Source: Chiloscyllium plagiosum (lineage: Eukaryota). Taken from it: a stretch of DNA of 64,000 bases. Shown piece by piece: positions 50,996 through 64,000 of the stretch; positions within the stretch are counted from its first letter, which is position 1, and each line of letters starts with the position of its first letter. The translations under genes were made by a program, and so were the position numbers. The stretch lies in contig NC_057755.1 in the NCBI RefSeq assembly GCF_004010195.1, positions 11,187,928 to 11,251,927 on the forward strand, given 5' to 3'. Under the pieces are notes generated by a model. The model had not been told where the DNA came from, did no database searches, and was given only the letters and a program-made list of their open reading frames with translations.

Positions 50996-51835
50996 TATGG
51001 TTTAATGAAGGCTGTTAACATCTGAGGGAATTTGGTTTTGGTATTTAACATCTGTTGGAAAGCAATTCTCTTTTTCGGGGAATGCAGAAGCTGAAGTGCA
51101 GTCTGCAGAGATGAGGGGGGAATAGAAGCACCTTAAACACATAACCTGTGTGTCTGCAGGATCGGAGTTTAGTTCTCTTGGCATCGTAAACCGTATTCTC
51201 TGCAGATTCCCCAGATCTCAAAGGCCCATGTTGTTAATTTGGTTTCATGTTTGAATCATATCAGCTTGTGGCCATTGGATAACCGTCATAAGATATAGGA
51301 GAACAAAGAAACCTATTCATACAATTAAACAGTTACTCAAGAATCAGAGTCTGAATGAGAGATAAACTTTTAAAAAAACAGGAAGTAACGATCAAGTGGC
51401 AATTAGAGATAAGAATGCAAGGAGTGAGGATGACACCAAACATCTGCCGGAGGATGTGGATAGGTCAACTGAAGAAGCAAAATGAAGAAGGGTGCAGAGA
51501 AATGCAAGATTATGCCCTTTGGCCAGCAGAATAGAGGAGCTGAATATCATTTAAATGGAGAGAGGCTGCAGAAAGCTACAGCACAGAGGGATTTGGAAGT
51601 CGTCGTGCGCAGATCACAAAAAGTAGTTTCCAGGTTCGCAGGGAATAGGGAAAACAAATTAAATGTTTTTTTTAAATTTCAAAAGTAATGGAACATAAAT
51701 GTAGGGATGTTTTGCTAAAATTAAACAAGGCACCAGTCAGTGCACAGCAGGAAAACCGTGAAGGTGATTGATCTCCTTACCGAAGGAAAGATACATTGCA
51801 GTGGAGAGTGTCCAATGGAAATTCACTCAGTAAGT

Positions 51836-52365
51836 GTGAGGTTTCCTCCCACTTCCTCCAGACCAAAGGGGTAGCCATGGGCAAACGTATGGGCCCCAGC
51901 TATGCCTGTCTCTTTGTTGGCTACGTAGAGCAGTTGATCTTCCGTAATTACACCGGCACCACTCCCCACCTCTTCCTCCGCTACATTGAATGACTGCATT
52001 GGCGCCAGCTCGTGCTCCCACGAGGAGGTTGAGCAATTCATCAACTTCACCAAAACATTCCACCCTGACCTTAAATTTACCTGGACCATCTCTGACACCT
52101 CCCTCCCCCTCCTGGACACCTCCGCCCTCAGACCCCACCCCTCCAACCGTAACAAGGACAGAACGCCCCTGGTGCTCACCTTCCACCCTACCAACCTTCG
52201 CATAAACCAAATCATCCGCCGACATTTCCGCCACCTCCAAACATACCCCACCACCAGGGATATATTTCCCTCCCCACCCCTTTCCGCCTTCCGCAAAGAC
52301 CATTCCCTCCGTGACTACCTGGTCAGGGCCACGCCCCCCTACAACCCACCCTCCCATCCTGGAAC
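51836..52365 (+). mobile_element. Penelope-like RT fragment with internal deletion, next to a CR1 fragment
   Basis: FLQTKGVAMGKRMGPSYACLFVG and LFLRYI/DCIG. The LPLLD motif is joined directly to the linker DRTPLVLTFHP. Confidence 0.87.
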
Positions 52366-53855
52366 TTTACTGTTGTAAACAGGGAGGTTTATAACAGGAA
52401 GGGTTTTCAGGAAGCTGGAGAGGAGGGGGAGCTGAAGGAAGTGGCGCAAACAGGAAGGGTTATTGGAAATGTGTGAGGTTTTAGAGAGCCCGCAGCGGTC
52501 GGATCTGGAGCAATTCTTGGAACATGGAGGTGGTTTTACAATGACTGAGAGTCTCGAGCCACAGGAGATTACAGAAGTAAACACGTGGAGTGGACTGAAA
52601 GGAACCGGGGATGGAATCACACAATAGCCAACTGGAGGTAGACGTTTTAAAGAAATCATTCACCAATTAACCAATCATACGACAGCCAAATCGCAGTGAT
52701 GAAACGCGTGTTATAGGCGAATGACTAGTATCAGTCAGGGACGAGCTGGATTGGCTTTACTGGGAGCTTGTACAGACACGTTGGTTCAAAGGCACCCTTC
52801 TGCCTGCCCTGAAGTGGCATATAGGTGCATGATTCCCCTTATTCTGAGATGATTCCCTAAGTCCTAGACTCTACCACTCAGGGGAAACAACCTTTCAACT
52901 TTTATGTCATCAAGTAGCTGCAAGAATCTTGTCTGTTTCAATAAAGGTGCCTCTCATTCGTCGAAACTCAAGTAAGCATGTTTCCCCTGCTGCAAGGGGA
53001 GTAAGCCCAATTGCTTTAATCTTTACTTACACCCGGAGCATATAAAGAAGGAATTAGCCATACACGTCTACAAATCATTGGTCAGACTGCATTTGGAATA
53101 GTGTGTTCTCTTCTGGGCACCTTATTGAAAGAAGGATGTTAAAGCCTGGGAGAGACAGTTCAGAGTAGATTTATTGGATTTGCACGGGAATTACTCAATT
53201 CGTCTTCAAGGTATCCTATCTGGAACTGGTGCCTTCTCTACCTGGAGTGTTGCCCGTCTATTTAGCATCTCTCCTTTGTCTGTCAGTATACTGTTTATTT
53301 GCTCAACACGTGCATTTAGAGCTGGGTCATTATCACCATTTTCTGATTTGGTAAAAACATAAATAAAGTGCTAATTTTGTGTCATCTTTCCAAACCCTTT
53401 ACTTCAGTTCATAGCTTACCATGCCTGTTCGTTCTGAGCCACAGTCTATCATTTGCTCACCTTTTACGACTAACAGGCTTGAGGAACATTTTGCTATTTG
53501 TTTTGGCATAGCATGAAATCCTTTCCTCATGCTTCCTCTTAACCTATCTTATTCCACCCTCATCCTTGCTACTGCCTTTGAGATAATCGTTCTAATTTTT
53601 ATTGTTATTCTTATTCTGGTGTGCATCATGCACATCCTGTTTGTTACTTATTTTCCCATCCGTATCCTTCACCATCCCAATACGCTAGTTTTGGACACTG
53701 CTATTTATTACTCTAATGTACCCAGGTTGCTCCCTATTCATCTCTTTTTTGAAATCTCCCCATTCGTCATCCATGGCTTTCTTCACCAACATGTGTTTCA
53801 AATCAACCTGACCACTTCAATTTTTAAATCCTTACAAACTGCTCTTTTCCAGTCT

Positions 53856-53999
53856 TGATTTGGAGATGCCGGTGTTGGACTGGTGTGCACAAAGTTAAAA
53901 ATCACACACCAGGTTATAGTCCAAGAGGTTTAATTGGAAGCACTAGCTTTCGGAGTGACGCTCCTGTTGGACTATAACCTGGTGTTGTGTGATTTTTAA
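53856..53999. mobile_element. Short fold-back element (family 3 PLE-end-like)
   Basis: Internal inverted repeat AAAGTTAAAAATCACAC..CCAGGTTATAGTCCAA / TTGGACTATAACCTGG..GTGTGATTTTTAACTTT. 12-bp flanking direct repeat CTTTTCCAGTCT at 53844-53855 and 54000-54011. Confidence 0.75.
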
Positions 54000-54944
54000 C
54001 TTTTCCAGTCTGGAATCTTAATCCTTGACTGATCTGTATCCTTTTCCAACTTCGTATTGAATCTGTATTAGGATGACTATTTCAAAAATACTCCTGCAAA
54101 TCAGAATTTCAACACTTTGCGTCATTTCCAAGGACTACGTCCAATACAACTCCATCCTTGGTAGGACTGGAAAGATATTATTTGAGCAAGTTTTCCTCCA
54201 TACACTGCAGGATATTCTTCACTTCAATCCTCCCCACTCTAACCTTTTCCCAGTCTACCAACGGATAATTGAAATCAACATCTATTATAATCCTACTTTT
54301 CCTGCAGATTTCCATAATCTGCCTACCAAAGCTCTCGTCTATGTCCTCCCCAATATTAAGAGGTCTATAATAAATATCCAACTGCTCAGGAGCAGAGAGT
54401 TTATAAATTCATACAGCGAAGAAACAGATACTTTGATCTTACTCTACTATGTTGGCCGTGTTCCCTCAAACTGAATTACTCCTGTGTGCCTGTATCTGGT
54501 CCATATCTGTCCAAACATTTCATATTCATGTACCTGTGCAAATGTCCTTTTAGATGTTGTACATGTATCAGTCTCTACCACTTCCTCTGGCAGCTAGTTC
54601 CATCTACACACCATCCTCTGTGTGCAAATTTTGACACTCAGGTCCGTTTCCCCTCACACATTCAACCTATGCCCTCTATGTTTAGACACGCCTACCCTGG
54701 ACAGAAAGTTATATGGACTTGGCAGCAAAAGCAAATTGGGAGGCTGGTACAATTACACCATTTAGAAGTCCTTGGCTGGGTGCATGAAGAGGAAACGTTT
54801 AGAGGGTTGTGGCAAAAGTCATGGCAAATGGGACTCGATTGATTTAGGATTTTTGCTTGACATGGATCAAATGGTCTATGCCTGCGCAATGCATCTCTAT
54901 GGCCCTATATTAGTGATTATCATGACGACCAAAATATTTTTTAA

Positions 54945-56570
54945 TCACGTATTTGTCTAAATGTTTTTTAAATGTTGTAACTGCCCCTGCATCCACCACT
55001 TCCCCTGGAAGTTCATTGAATACACGGACCACCCTGTGATTAAAAAGAAAATGCCCCTCATTTATTTTCAATTCTTCCTCCTATTACCTTGAAAATATGT
55101 CCCTTCGTTTGAAATCCACCACCCTGGCGAAAAGACAACTGCAATTCACATTATTTACATCCTTCATGATGCTATAGATCTCTATAAGGTCACTTCTCAA
55201 CCTCCAGTGCTCCACTGAATAGGTCTCAGCCGATCCAGCCTCTCCTTATAAGTCAAACCTTCCCTTCCAGGCAACACCCTGGCATGTCTCTTCTGAACTC
55301 TCTCCAGCTTCATAATATCCTTCCTACAACTGGGTGACCCAAACTGGCCATGACACTCCAGAAGACGCCTCACCAACATCATACACAACCTCAACATAAC
55401 GGCCCAGCTCCTATACTCAATGGTCTGAGCAATGAAGGCAAACATGCTCAAATCTCACCAGCTCATGCCTGATAAAGAGGTTATGCTCTAAATGTCGACT
55501 CTCCTGCTCCTCAGATGCTGCCTGACTGGATGTGATTTTCTAGCACCACACTTTTTGAAACACGCTCAATGGCTTCTGACCCACCCTTCATAAATGTGAT
55601 GTAAAGTGCACAGAACTATGCTCGTGAAACCCTGCTCTTCAGCACAATGATCCAATTATTTAAGATTTGGAGATGCTGATGATGGACTGGGATGTACAGT
55701 TAAAAATCACACAACACCAGGTTATAGTCCAACAGGTTTAATCGGAAGCAATTCATCAGGTGGATCAAGGAGCAGTGCTCTGAATGCTAGTGCTTCCAAT
55801 TAAACCTGTTAGCCTATAACCAATTACTTAAGACCTCTTTGCAATCTTAGATAAACTTCATTGTTCACTATACCAGAAATCTTGCTGTCAACTGCAGATT
55901 TACTCACCATGCCTTCTATATTCTCATCTATATCATTCATATAAATGACAAACAAAAGTGAACCCAGCAACAACCCCTGTGATCACAGGCCTCCAGTCAA
56001 AAAAAAATCCCTCCACCATATATCCCTCTGTGTTATGCCATTAAGCTAATTTTGTATCCAATTGGCAAGCTCACCCTGAAATCCGTAGGATATAACTTGC
56101 AGTCAACAATGTGGAATTTTCTCAAAGGTTTTACTAAAATCAAAGTAAACAATGTCCATCACCCCACCCTCATCTATATTAGAATACAGAGTCAGAGAGA
56201 CGTAAATCATTGAAACAGACCATTCGGTCCTACTCGCCCATGCTGACCAGATATCCTAATTTAATCTAGTCCCATTCGCCAGCACTTGGCCCATCTCCCT
56301 CAATGCCATTCCTGTCCATATAGCGATCCAGATACCTTTTCAATGTTGCATTTGTACTAGCCTCCACTACTTCGTCTGACAGCTCATTCCATACACACAC
56401 CATCCTCTGTGAGAAAAGAAATGCCCTTTTGGTTTCTGTTAAATCTTTCAGCTGTCACCCGAAACGTATGTCCTGTAGTTCTGGACTCCCCCAACCCAAC
56501 GAAAAGACCTTGTCTATTTAACCTATCTATGCCCCTCATGATTTTGTAAACCTCTATCAGGTCACCCCTC
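54945..56570 (-). mobile_element. CR1-clade LINE fragments with nested small insertions
   Basis: LERVQKR and RGDLIEVYKIM. RT remnant at about 55840-56175. Confidence 0.8.
55666..55819. mobile_element. Second fold-back copy of family 3
   Basis: Same sequence family. Flanking CCAATTATTTAAGA (55652-55665) and CCAATTACTTAAGA (55820-55833). Confidence 0.72.
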
Positions 56571-57084
56571 NNNNNNNNNNNNNNNNNNNNNNNNNNNNNN
56601 NNNNNNNNNNNNNNNNNNNNNNNNNNNNNNNNNNNNNNNNNNNNNNNNNNNNNNNNNNNNNNNNNNNNNNNNNNNNNNNNNNNNNNNNNNNNNNNNNNNN
56701 NNNNNNNNNNNNNNNNNNNNNNNNNNNNNNNNNNNNNNNNNNNNNNNNNNNNNNNNNNNNNNNNNNNNNNNNNNNNNNNNNNNNNNNNNNNNNNNNNNNN
56801 NNNNNNNNNNNNNNNNNNNNNNNNNNNNNNNNNNNNNNNNNNNNNNNNNNNNNNNNNNNNNNNNNNNNNNNNNNNNNNNNNNNNNNNNNNNNNNNNNNNN
56901 NNNNNNNNNNNNNNNNNNNNNNNNNNNNNNNNNNNNNNNNNNNNNNNNNNNNNNNNNNNNNNNNNNNNNNNNNNNNNNNNNNNNNNNNNNNNNNNNNNNN
57001 NNNNNNNNNNNNNNNNNNNNNNNNNNNNNNNNNNNNNNNNNNNNNNNNNNNNNNNNNNNNNNNNNNNNNNGCTAATCGCTCTCG

Positions 57085-57740
57085 GCTCAGTCCCAAGGCA
57101 GGGCCCTGTTGTCAGTGACTCAGTTCTGAGGCAGGGCCTCATTGTTGGAGGGTCAGTCCGTATGGAGTGCCTCATTTCAGGGAGTAAGCGTTGAGGGTGT
57201 GCATCACAGTTTGGTGGTCAGTATTTGATATTGATGCTCAATCAGAGGGACAGTATTGAAGGACTGCCTCACTGTCAGAAGGTTAGTTTTAAGTGAAGGC
57301 CTCATTTTCTGAAGGGAACTATTGTGGGAGTGCATTATTGTCAGAAATTCACTCCTAAACATGTTCCACTTTGAGAGAGGATTCGTTCTGAGACAGTACC
57401 TCAACGTAATACGGTCAGAACTGAGGGAGAGCAACAAGATGAGAAGATGAGATGAGGACTGAGGAATTGCAGGTCTGTCAGAGGGTCAGATCTTCGGGAA
57501 TGTGCTGTGGTGGGGGCCAATACTAACAAAGTGCTTTACTATGAGGGTGCCAGAATTGAAGGAGTTCCACCCGTTCAAAAGGTCAGTCCTGTGGCTTGCT
57601 GCACTGTCAGAGGGGCAGTTCTGTGGGATAGCCTCATGAGCAGACCATCAGTATTGATGCAGTGCCTCATGGCGGATCCCTTCTGAGGCAGTTTCTCATT
57701 GTAAGGGGTCAGACTGCCTCATTTTTGGGGTTCAGTCTCC
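57085..57740 (+). repeat. Older, degenerate array of the same 33-bp minisatellite
   Basis: Recurrent GGGTCAGT-CTGAGG-AGTGCCTCA-TGTCAGA variants, starting just after an N-gap. Confidence 0.75.
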
Positions 57741-57744
57741 ACAG

Positions 57745-59935
57745 TAAAATTGTTATAAAATATTCGTTAATTATCTCCCTCATTTCCTGTGCTCCCACAC
57801 GTCGGCTGCCTTGCAAATCTTTGATGGCAGATATTAGCCTTTGGCATTAGTGTATTAAATAATCCATTTGGAATCTCCTTAATGCCATCTGCTAAGGCTA
57901 TCTCGTGTCCCCTTTTTTGCCCTACCTGATTTCTCTCTGAGCTATACTCCTGTTGGCGTTATACTCTCTTAATCTTGATCTCCACTGTCTACACTTCACG
58001 TATGCTTTCCAGCATTTTTTAACCAAACACTCAATTTCTCCAGTTACCGAGCATTCCCTGCACCAACCAGTCTTTCTTTGCACACAAACAGAAGGATACA
58101 ATATCTCCACTCTTTTTTATCTCATTTCTGAAGGCTTCCCACTTTCGAGCCGACGCTTCACCTGCAAACCTCTGCACCCAATCAACTTTTGCCCAATACG
58201 GTCAAAATTGGTCTTCCTCAATATAGAGCTTAACTTTAAGATCAGGTCTATCCATTTCCATTACTATTTTGAAACTGAAATAAGTCTGAGCGCTGCCACT
58301 AAAGTGCTCCCCCATTGACACCTCAGTCACCCGCTCTACCTTACTTCCCAAGAGTCGGTCAAGTTTTGCACTTTCTTTGGTGGGAACATCAACACAGCAA
58401 ATCAGAAAATGTTCTTGTACACATGTTACAAGTCATGTCCATCTAATCCCTTAATATTATGACCGTCCCAGTCTATATTTGGAAAGTTAATATCTCCTAC
58501 CATAACCACTCTATTATACTTACAGAGAACTGAGATATATTACAAATTTGTTCCCCAATTTCCCAAAGATTATTGGGGAGTCTTGTCATATAATCCCAAT
58601 AAAGTGATCATCCCTTTCTTGTTTCTCAGTTCAAACCAAAAAACTTCGCTGGATGTAACCCAGGAACATCCTTCCTAAGTAAAACGGTAAAGCTGTCCCT
58701 TGTCACAAATGCCACAAACCCTTCTTCAGTTGCCCTCCTTTTCTGTTATTCCTAGAACATTCGTATCCTTGAAAATTAAGCTGTTAGTCCTGTCCATCCA
58801 TGAGCCACGTTTCTGTAAAGGTTACAATATCCCAGTACGATGCTCCTAACGATACCCTGAGTTCATCTGCCTTCCCTGTTAGGTCTCCAGCAGTGTAATA
58901 AATACAGTTTAATTTTCCAGTCCTACTTCATTCTCTGCTTTGTCCCTGATGATACCACTCTATGAATCGCTCATTTTCCCAACTGTACCAGGCTCAGACT
59001 GATCACTTTCCTTCCGCTCTCCCTGGGTTCAACACCCCCGCGCACACCTTGCTAGTTTAAATGCTCCTGAGCAGCTCGAGAAAATCTCTCGACCAGTGTA
59101 TTCGTCCCCTACCAAATCAGGTGCAAACAACCTTCTTAGACAAGTCACTTCTACTCCAGAAGAGATGCCAATGACACAAAACTCTGAACCCTTCTCCCCT
59201 GCACCATCTCCTTCACTACTCCATCCTCGTATTTCCTCGCTCACTCTCTCGTAGCATTGGGAGGTATTTTCACACTGGAGAATTTCCTTCAAAATTTCTG
59301 ACTAACTTTCTATATTCTCCCTTTTGAATATCATTACTTTCCCTTTCTATGCCACTCGTTCCAATGTGTACATTGAGCTTCTGCTGGTCCCTCTTCCCTT
59401 TGAGTACACTGTGCACTCTCTCGGAGATATCCCTGATTCTGCCACCAGGGAGGCAACACACAATTCTGATTTCTCGCTGCAGAAAACGTCTGTCTGTAAA
59501 TCTGACTGAATATTCCCCAATCATAAGCGATGACTTGGAACTTGACATAACCTTTGTTACATTAGGGTCAGTCTCGGTACCAGAGACTTGGATTTTCGTA
59601 CGACGTTCCACCGAGAGTCCATCATCCGTTACATTTCCCAGAACAGAATACTTGTTTGAGATGGGGTTAGCCACAGAAGACTCTTGCACTACCTGCCTCC
59701 CTCTCCCACCTTTCCTGACTGCATCTGTCATTTTCTTCCTTCCTATAAAGTTCAATCATCAAACTCCCTCGCTCATTTAAATCCCTTTTATCTTGTAACT
59801 GCTACTCCAAACGATTCATTCGATCTGATATGATTTGCAACTAAAGGCACATTCTGCAGACATAATCTTCAGTAACATGGGGATCTCCATCAACTCCCAC
59901 ATCCAAAAGGGAGAGCACATCCCTCTTTGCTCCTG
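57745..59935 (-). mobile_element. Decayed CR1-clade LINE 5' half (ORF1 SGNH-esterase-like and endonuclease)
   Basis: ORF 59270-59755 has ISNKYSVL, VCCLPGGRIRDI and VHIGT. Collinear with 1162-3480. Confidence 0.85.
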
Positions 59936-61282
59936 TCCCGATGTGCAAATATGCAACAGAGTCAGGAAGCATCAGTCTGGGTTGTGGCTACCACGGGTGT
60001 ATTTCTTCTTGTCCTCACAGGACTGTGTGTTCTCTTTGTGAAACACGAAACTTTGAAAAAGTATAAACGTGCAGTATAAACATTTGAAATTGACTGTTGT
60101 TCAAAAGATTTTCTTTTCCTGAATTCACTCACTGTTTGGCAAGTGAAGAAAAAAAACTCAAACCAATTGATTAATGTCCCTGCAATTATGTATTTATTCA
60201 ATGAAAGTTTGGAACCACATGTCAATAAATCTACTTAATAATTTTTACAAATTTCTGGTTTCAATTTGCAAATAGTCCACCGATTATATTTTCCTTTTGC
60301 CTCACGATTCGAGCACGCTGATCATTTTAAAGTTTTGAAATATGCTCGTCGCTGAAATGCCATATTCAGTAATTTTGCTGAAAATTGGGAAGGTATTCAG
60401 TATTTTTTGTCTGTATGCTTGCCTTTCAGAATACTCTCTATGGATATAATCGAATCACTAAAAAAATGATTCAATCCATACTTGGTTCACAACGCCTGGA
60501 TCATATACAACTTAATAAAACACAAAATGAAAGCATTCCATATGTAACAGAAGTGCATTGTGACCGTTAATGGCAACATTGCAATCATCTCCTCAATTTC
60601 CAAAACAATCAACAGCACAGAGGAAATTATTTCCATCATACAAATACAAGGATGGGGCTACTTCGGATGCAGTACCGTGCAAAAGACACATTTAGATTCA
60701 TACAGATGTACAGCACCGAAACAGACCCTTCAGTCCAACCCGACCATTCCGACCAGTTATCCCAACCCAATCTAGTCCCACCTGCCAGCGCCCGGCCCAT
60801 ATCCCAACAAATCCTTCCTATTCATATACCTATCCAAATGCCTGTTAAATGTTGCATTTGTACCAGTCTCCATCACATCCTCTGGCAGCTCATTTCAAGC
60901 TCACGTTGTGAGAATATTTTGAAAAGAAACGTCCATCAGAGGAACAAGTGGAAACCGTTGAGCCCCTTGAGTTTGCTACTCCATTCAAAAGGATCATGGC
61001 GGATACTCTGACTCTATTCTCGCGCTCTCCACTTAATTGTGCTGTTGGATTGGTCACCCGAAAACAATGATTAGTTCTGATCACTGTGGGTAATGTATAA
61101 TCATTGGAGATGTGGTCACGCAGCAATAACGCTTTTCCTTCCAACATCAGCAGCTCCAATCACAGATCTCACATTCAATTCTGTGAGATCCAAACCCAGT
61201 TTGATGATCAATTCACTGAACGTTCATTTCGAGCTTATAATGCCCCTGGGTTTAACCAGGGCAGTTAGACAACGTGGATCGG

Positions 61283-61595
61283 GCGTCAGCACAGTGGCTC
61301 GGTGGTTAGCACTGATGCCTCACAGTACCTGGCACCACGGTTTGATTCCACCCTCGTGCCCCTGACTGTGTGGAGATTGTATTTACTCCCCACGTGTGCA
61401 TGGACTTTCTCCAGGTGCGCTGGTTTGCTTCCACTGTCCAAAGGTATCCAGTTGGATTGGCTATGCTATTCCTGTTCAGGGTCCTGCAGGTTAGGTTGGT
61501 GAGCCATGGTTATGGACGGTCGGGAATTGGGATGTTTTTCAGAAGTTTGATGCAGACCTTAATGGACTGAATAACGTCTCTCTGTCCTGTACGAA
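61283..61595 (+). mobile_element. Degenerate V-SINE
   Basis: Homologous to 30201-30505. Confidence 0.75.
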
Positions 61596-62069
61596 TTTCA
61601 TGCTTTAAATAGTTTTTCAACTCAATAGACCACATAATGTCAAAAGGCTCGTCATTTCACGTGAATTTGAGGAAAAGGAGAACGATGGAGTGTGAGGGAG
61701 GAGTGGGGAAGTGACCTGGAACGAGAGAACGTAAGAGCAAGGAACAGCATGAGACCATTCAGCCCCTCGAGCCTACTCCGCCGATTTGATATGACCATAG
61801 CTGACCTCATCTCTGTCTCACTCTCTTGCCTGCCATCCACAACCCTTTAAACTGTTAATTAAAAATGTCTTTGGCCTCAAACCTTTCTGTGACAGAGCAT
61901 TCCTCAGGCTCTCCACTCTCTGGGTGAAGTCATTTCTCCCAATCTCAGTCTGCAATAACCTACCCCCCGTATCTTCAGACTGTGACTCCTCTGGTTCCAG
62001 ACACATCGCCAGTGATCAGGAACATACTTCCTGCGTTTTGTTCACAAATTATCCTCGGATCATTCTTCT

Positions 62070-62525
62070 CAATTCTCTCTCTGTCATCCATGTGGCTCCC
62101 TCTTGCTGTCTTTCCGTCTCTCTCTATCTCCATCTGCTTTACTTTCTCCTTCATTGTCTCTCTCTCTGTTTCTTTTTCTCTCGCTGTGGCGCTGTCTCAC
62201 TCTCTTACATGCTCCCTCCATCGCAATCTGTTACTTTCCTTTTTCCCTCCCTTCGTCTTTCCCTCACCTCTCCATCCCATCTCCTCTGTGCTCACTCTTG
62301 CAATCCATCTCTTCTTTCAACTTTCTTTCTTTCATTCATTCGCCTCCTCTGATGCATTCTCTCTATTGCTCTCTCTCTGTCTTACACACACGCACTCTCG
62401 TTCTTTTCCTCCCTTTCTGACTCTCACTCACTACCTCCCTTGTTCTCCCTATCTCTCTCACACACTGTCCTATTCGCTTGTTCTCTTTCTCCCTCTCTTT
62501 CTCTCAATCACTCTCTCGCTCAATC
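62070..62525 (+). repeat. CT-rich low-complexity tract
   Basis: Direct inspection. Confidence 0.88.
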
Positions 62526-63309
62526 ACTCACGAAACAAACGTTGACATGTCATGTCAGCAACAGTTGTCGTTGTGAAGCCTTATTCAGAATCTGTCACAG
62601 AGTTTTCAGACTGTTCAGTGGTGTCAGGCCCGAAAGCAAGAACTTATAAAATTGGACAGCATCCTATTCTGGCTTCGAAATTTGTGTTGTCTGAAAACAG
62701 AAAAAAAAACTGCATTTAATTAACCCCCCTGGATGTGGTGATATACCCCACAAACCTGTGTTTGTCGGAGAGGTGGTGTATCTGTGCGTCTGTGTATATT
62801 TCTGATTGGAGGTGAGTGAGAAATGCTCGACAACTCTGTGTGCTTGTGTGAGATTATGTGAATTCATATCAGTGTGTGAGTGCACAACTGAGTGTGTTTG
62901 TGTATGTGTGACACAGATGAGCAGCACAGAAACATACCTTTCAGTCCAACGTCTCCATGCCGATCAGATTTCCACAATTAATATAGTTCCATTGGCCAGC
63001 ACTTGGCCCATATCCCTATAAACTCTTCCGATTCAAATATCCATTTTGATTCCTTTTAAATGTTGCAATTATACCAGCCTCCACCACTCCCTCTGGCAGC
63101 TCCTTCCATAGACGTACCATCCTCTGTGAGACAAAGTTGCCCATTAAGTCCTTCTTAAATCATTCCCCTCCCTCGTTAAACGTATGCCCTCCAGTTCTGG
63201 ACTGTCCCACCCAAGGAAAATGACCTTGTCTATTTACTGTGTCCATGCCCTCATGATTTTATAAACCTCTATAAGGTCACATCTCCGCCTCTGACGCTAC
63301 ATGGTAAAA

Positions 63310-64000
63310 ATGGAATTGACCAGCCAATTCAGTCTCTCCCTGTGGGTAAACCACTCAGCCACTTTATATCTAACAGACAGAAAAGGTCACCCCGTTCTGT
63401 ATTCTGTTAAATCTCAAGAGGCAAAAAACTATTCCAGGTTTCACTATTGAATCTAAATACTAACAATTTATTCATTGCGTTCAACAGAGAGCATTAAAAC
63501 CACTACTACTACCTACTCTTTTCTCTTAAACCTATATTTTATCTCTCACTCTACAATACTGGTCTGATTAAAAATAAACTAATGAAGATTTACAAAAATA
63601 AATCTCGTTTCTAAACCAGTCAGCTGTATAGATTCACCTTTGTAGAGTTTCCTCTGTATTTTCCGATGTCATCGTTTCTTTCAATTACTGCTGCACAACT
63701 TTCCTTCTGGACAGGTACGTTTCAGAGATCTATTTGGCTAGCAGTATGAACTTGCTGGTGCTCTTTGCAGTTGGTCCCATTAACTGTTGAGAATGTCCGG
63801 TTTTATATCCCAAAACCTCGGATCAATTCATTGGTTTGTTGGCAAATTCAAATTTGATTGGAATTTGGTCTCTGCGGCATAATTTAAACCAGATGGCCAA
63901 ATACGAATTTACTTTTGTACCATGGCAACACAGCACCAGCTATTTGTGTCAACTAAATGTATTTTTTAGTGTTCAGCACACACAATGCTTTCAGTCCTTA
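63310..64000 (-). mobile_element. LTR-like element of the same family as 14724-15258, running off the window
   Basis: Reverse complement shares GTTTAAATTATG, CCAATCAAATTTGAATTT, TGATCCGA-GTTTTGGG-TATAAAACC and CTGCTAGCCAAA-AG-TCTCTGAAAC. Confidence 0.6.

Noticed and set aside
60500..60640. Candidate first exon of gene C (minus-strand MMEIISSVLLIVLEI)
   Set aside because: No Y-x-I-L-A-x-x-G-V-P similarity and no matching phase-1 donor found.

Overview
This is repeat-dense vertebrate genomic DNA with three N-gaps (4782-5257, 9386-9808, 56571-57070). The repeat families and receptor family suggest a shark or other elasmobranch (inference). The only host genes I can support form a small cluster of orphan class A GPCRs resembling GPR139/GPR142. 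It has one apparently intact two-exon gene on + (18941-19007 joined to 25090-26000, 325 aa), one open main exon on - (48426-49351, first exon not found) and one frameshifted, 5'-truncated pseudogene on - (42196-42820). The rest is mostly decayed CR1-clade LINEs, tRNA-derived SINEs, a Gypsy remnant, LTR-like pieces, a TA-flanked MITE and many Penelope-like element (PLE) pieces. The most striking non-coding signal is at least three, probably four, sequence families of short PLE-type ends carrying minimal hammerhead-ribozyme motifs (CUGANGA-stem II-GAAA-NNUH). Several sit in inverted-end insertions with 12-16 bp target-site duplications (TSDs), and one encloses a 28-bp minisatellite that matches the start of a PLE ORF. 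All coordinates were read by eye and repeat boundaries are approximate.
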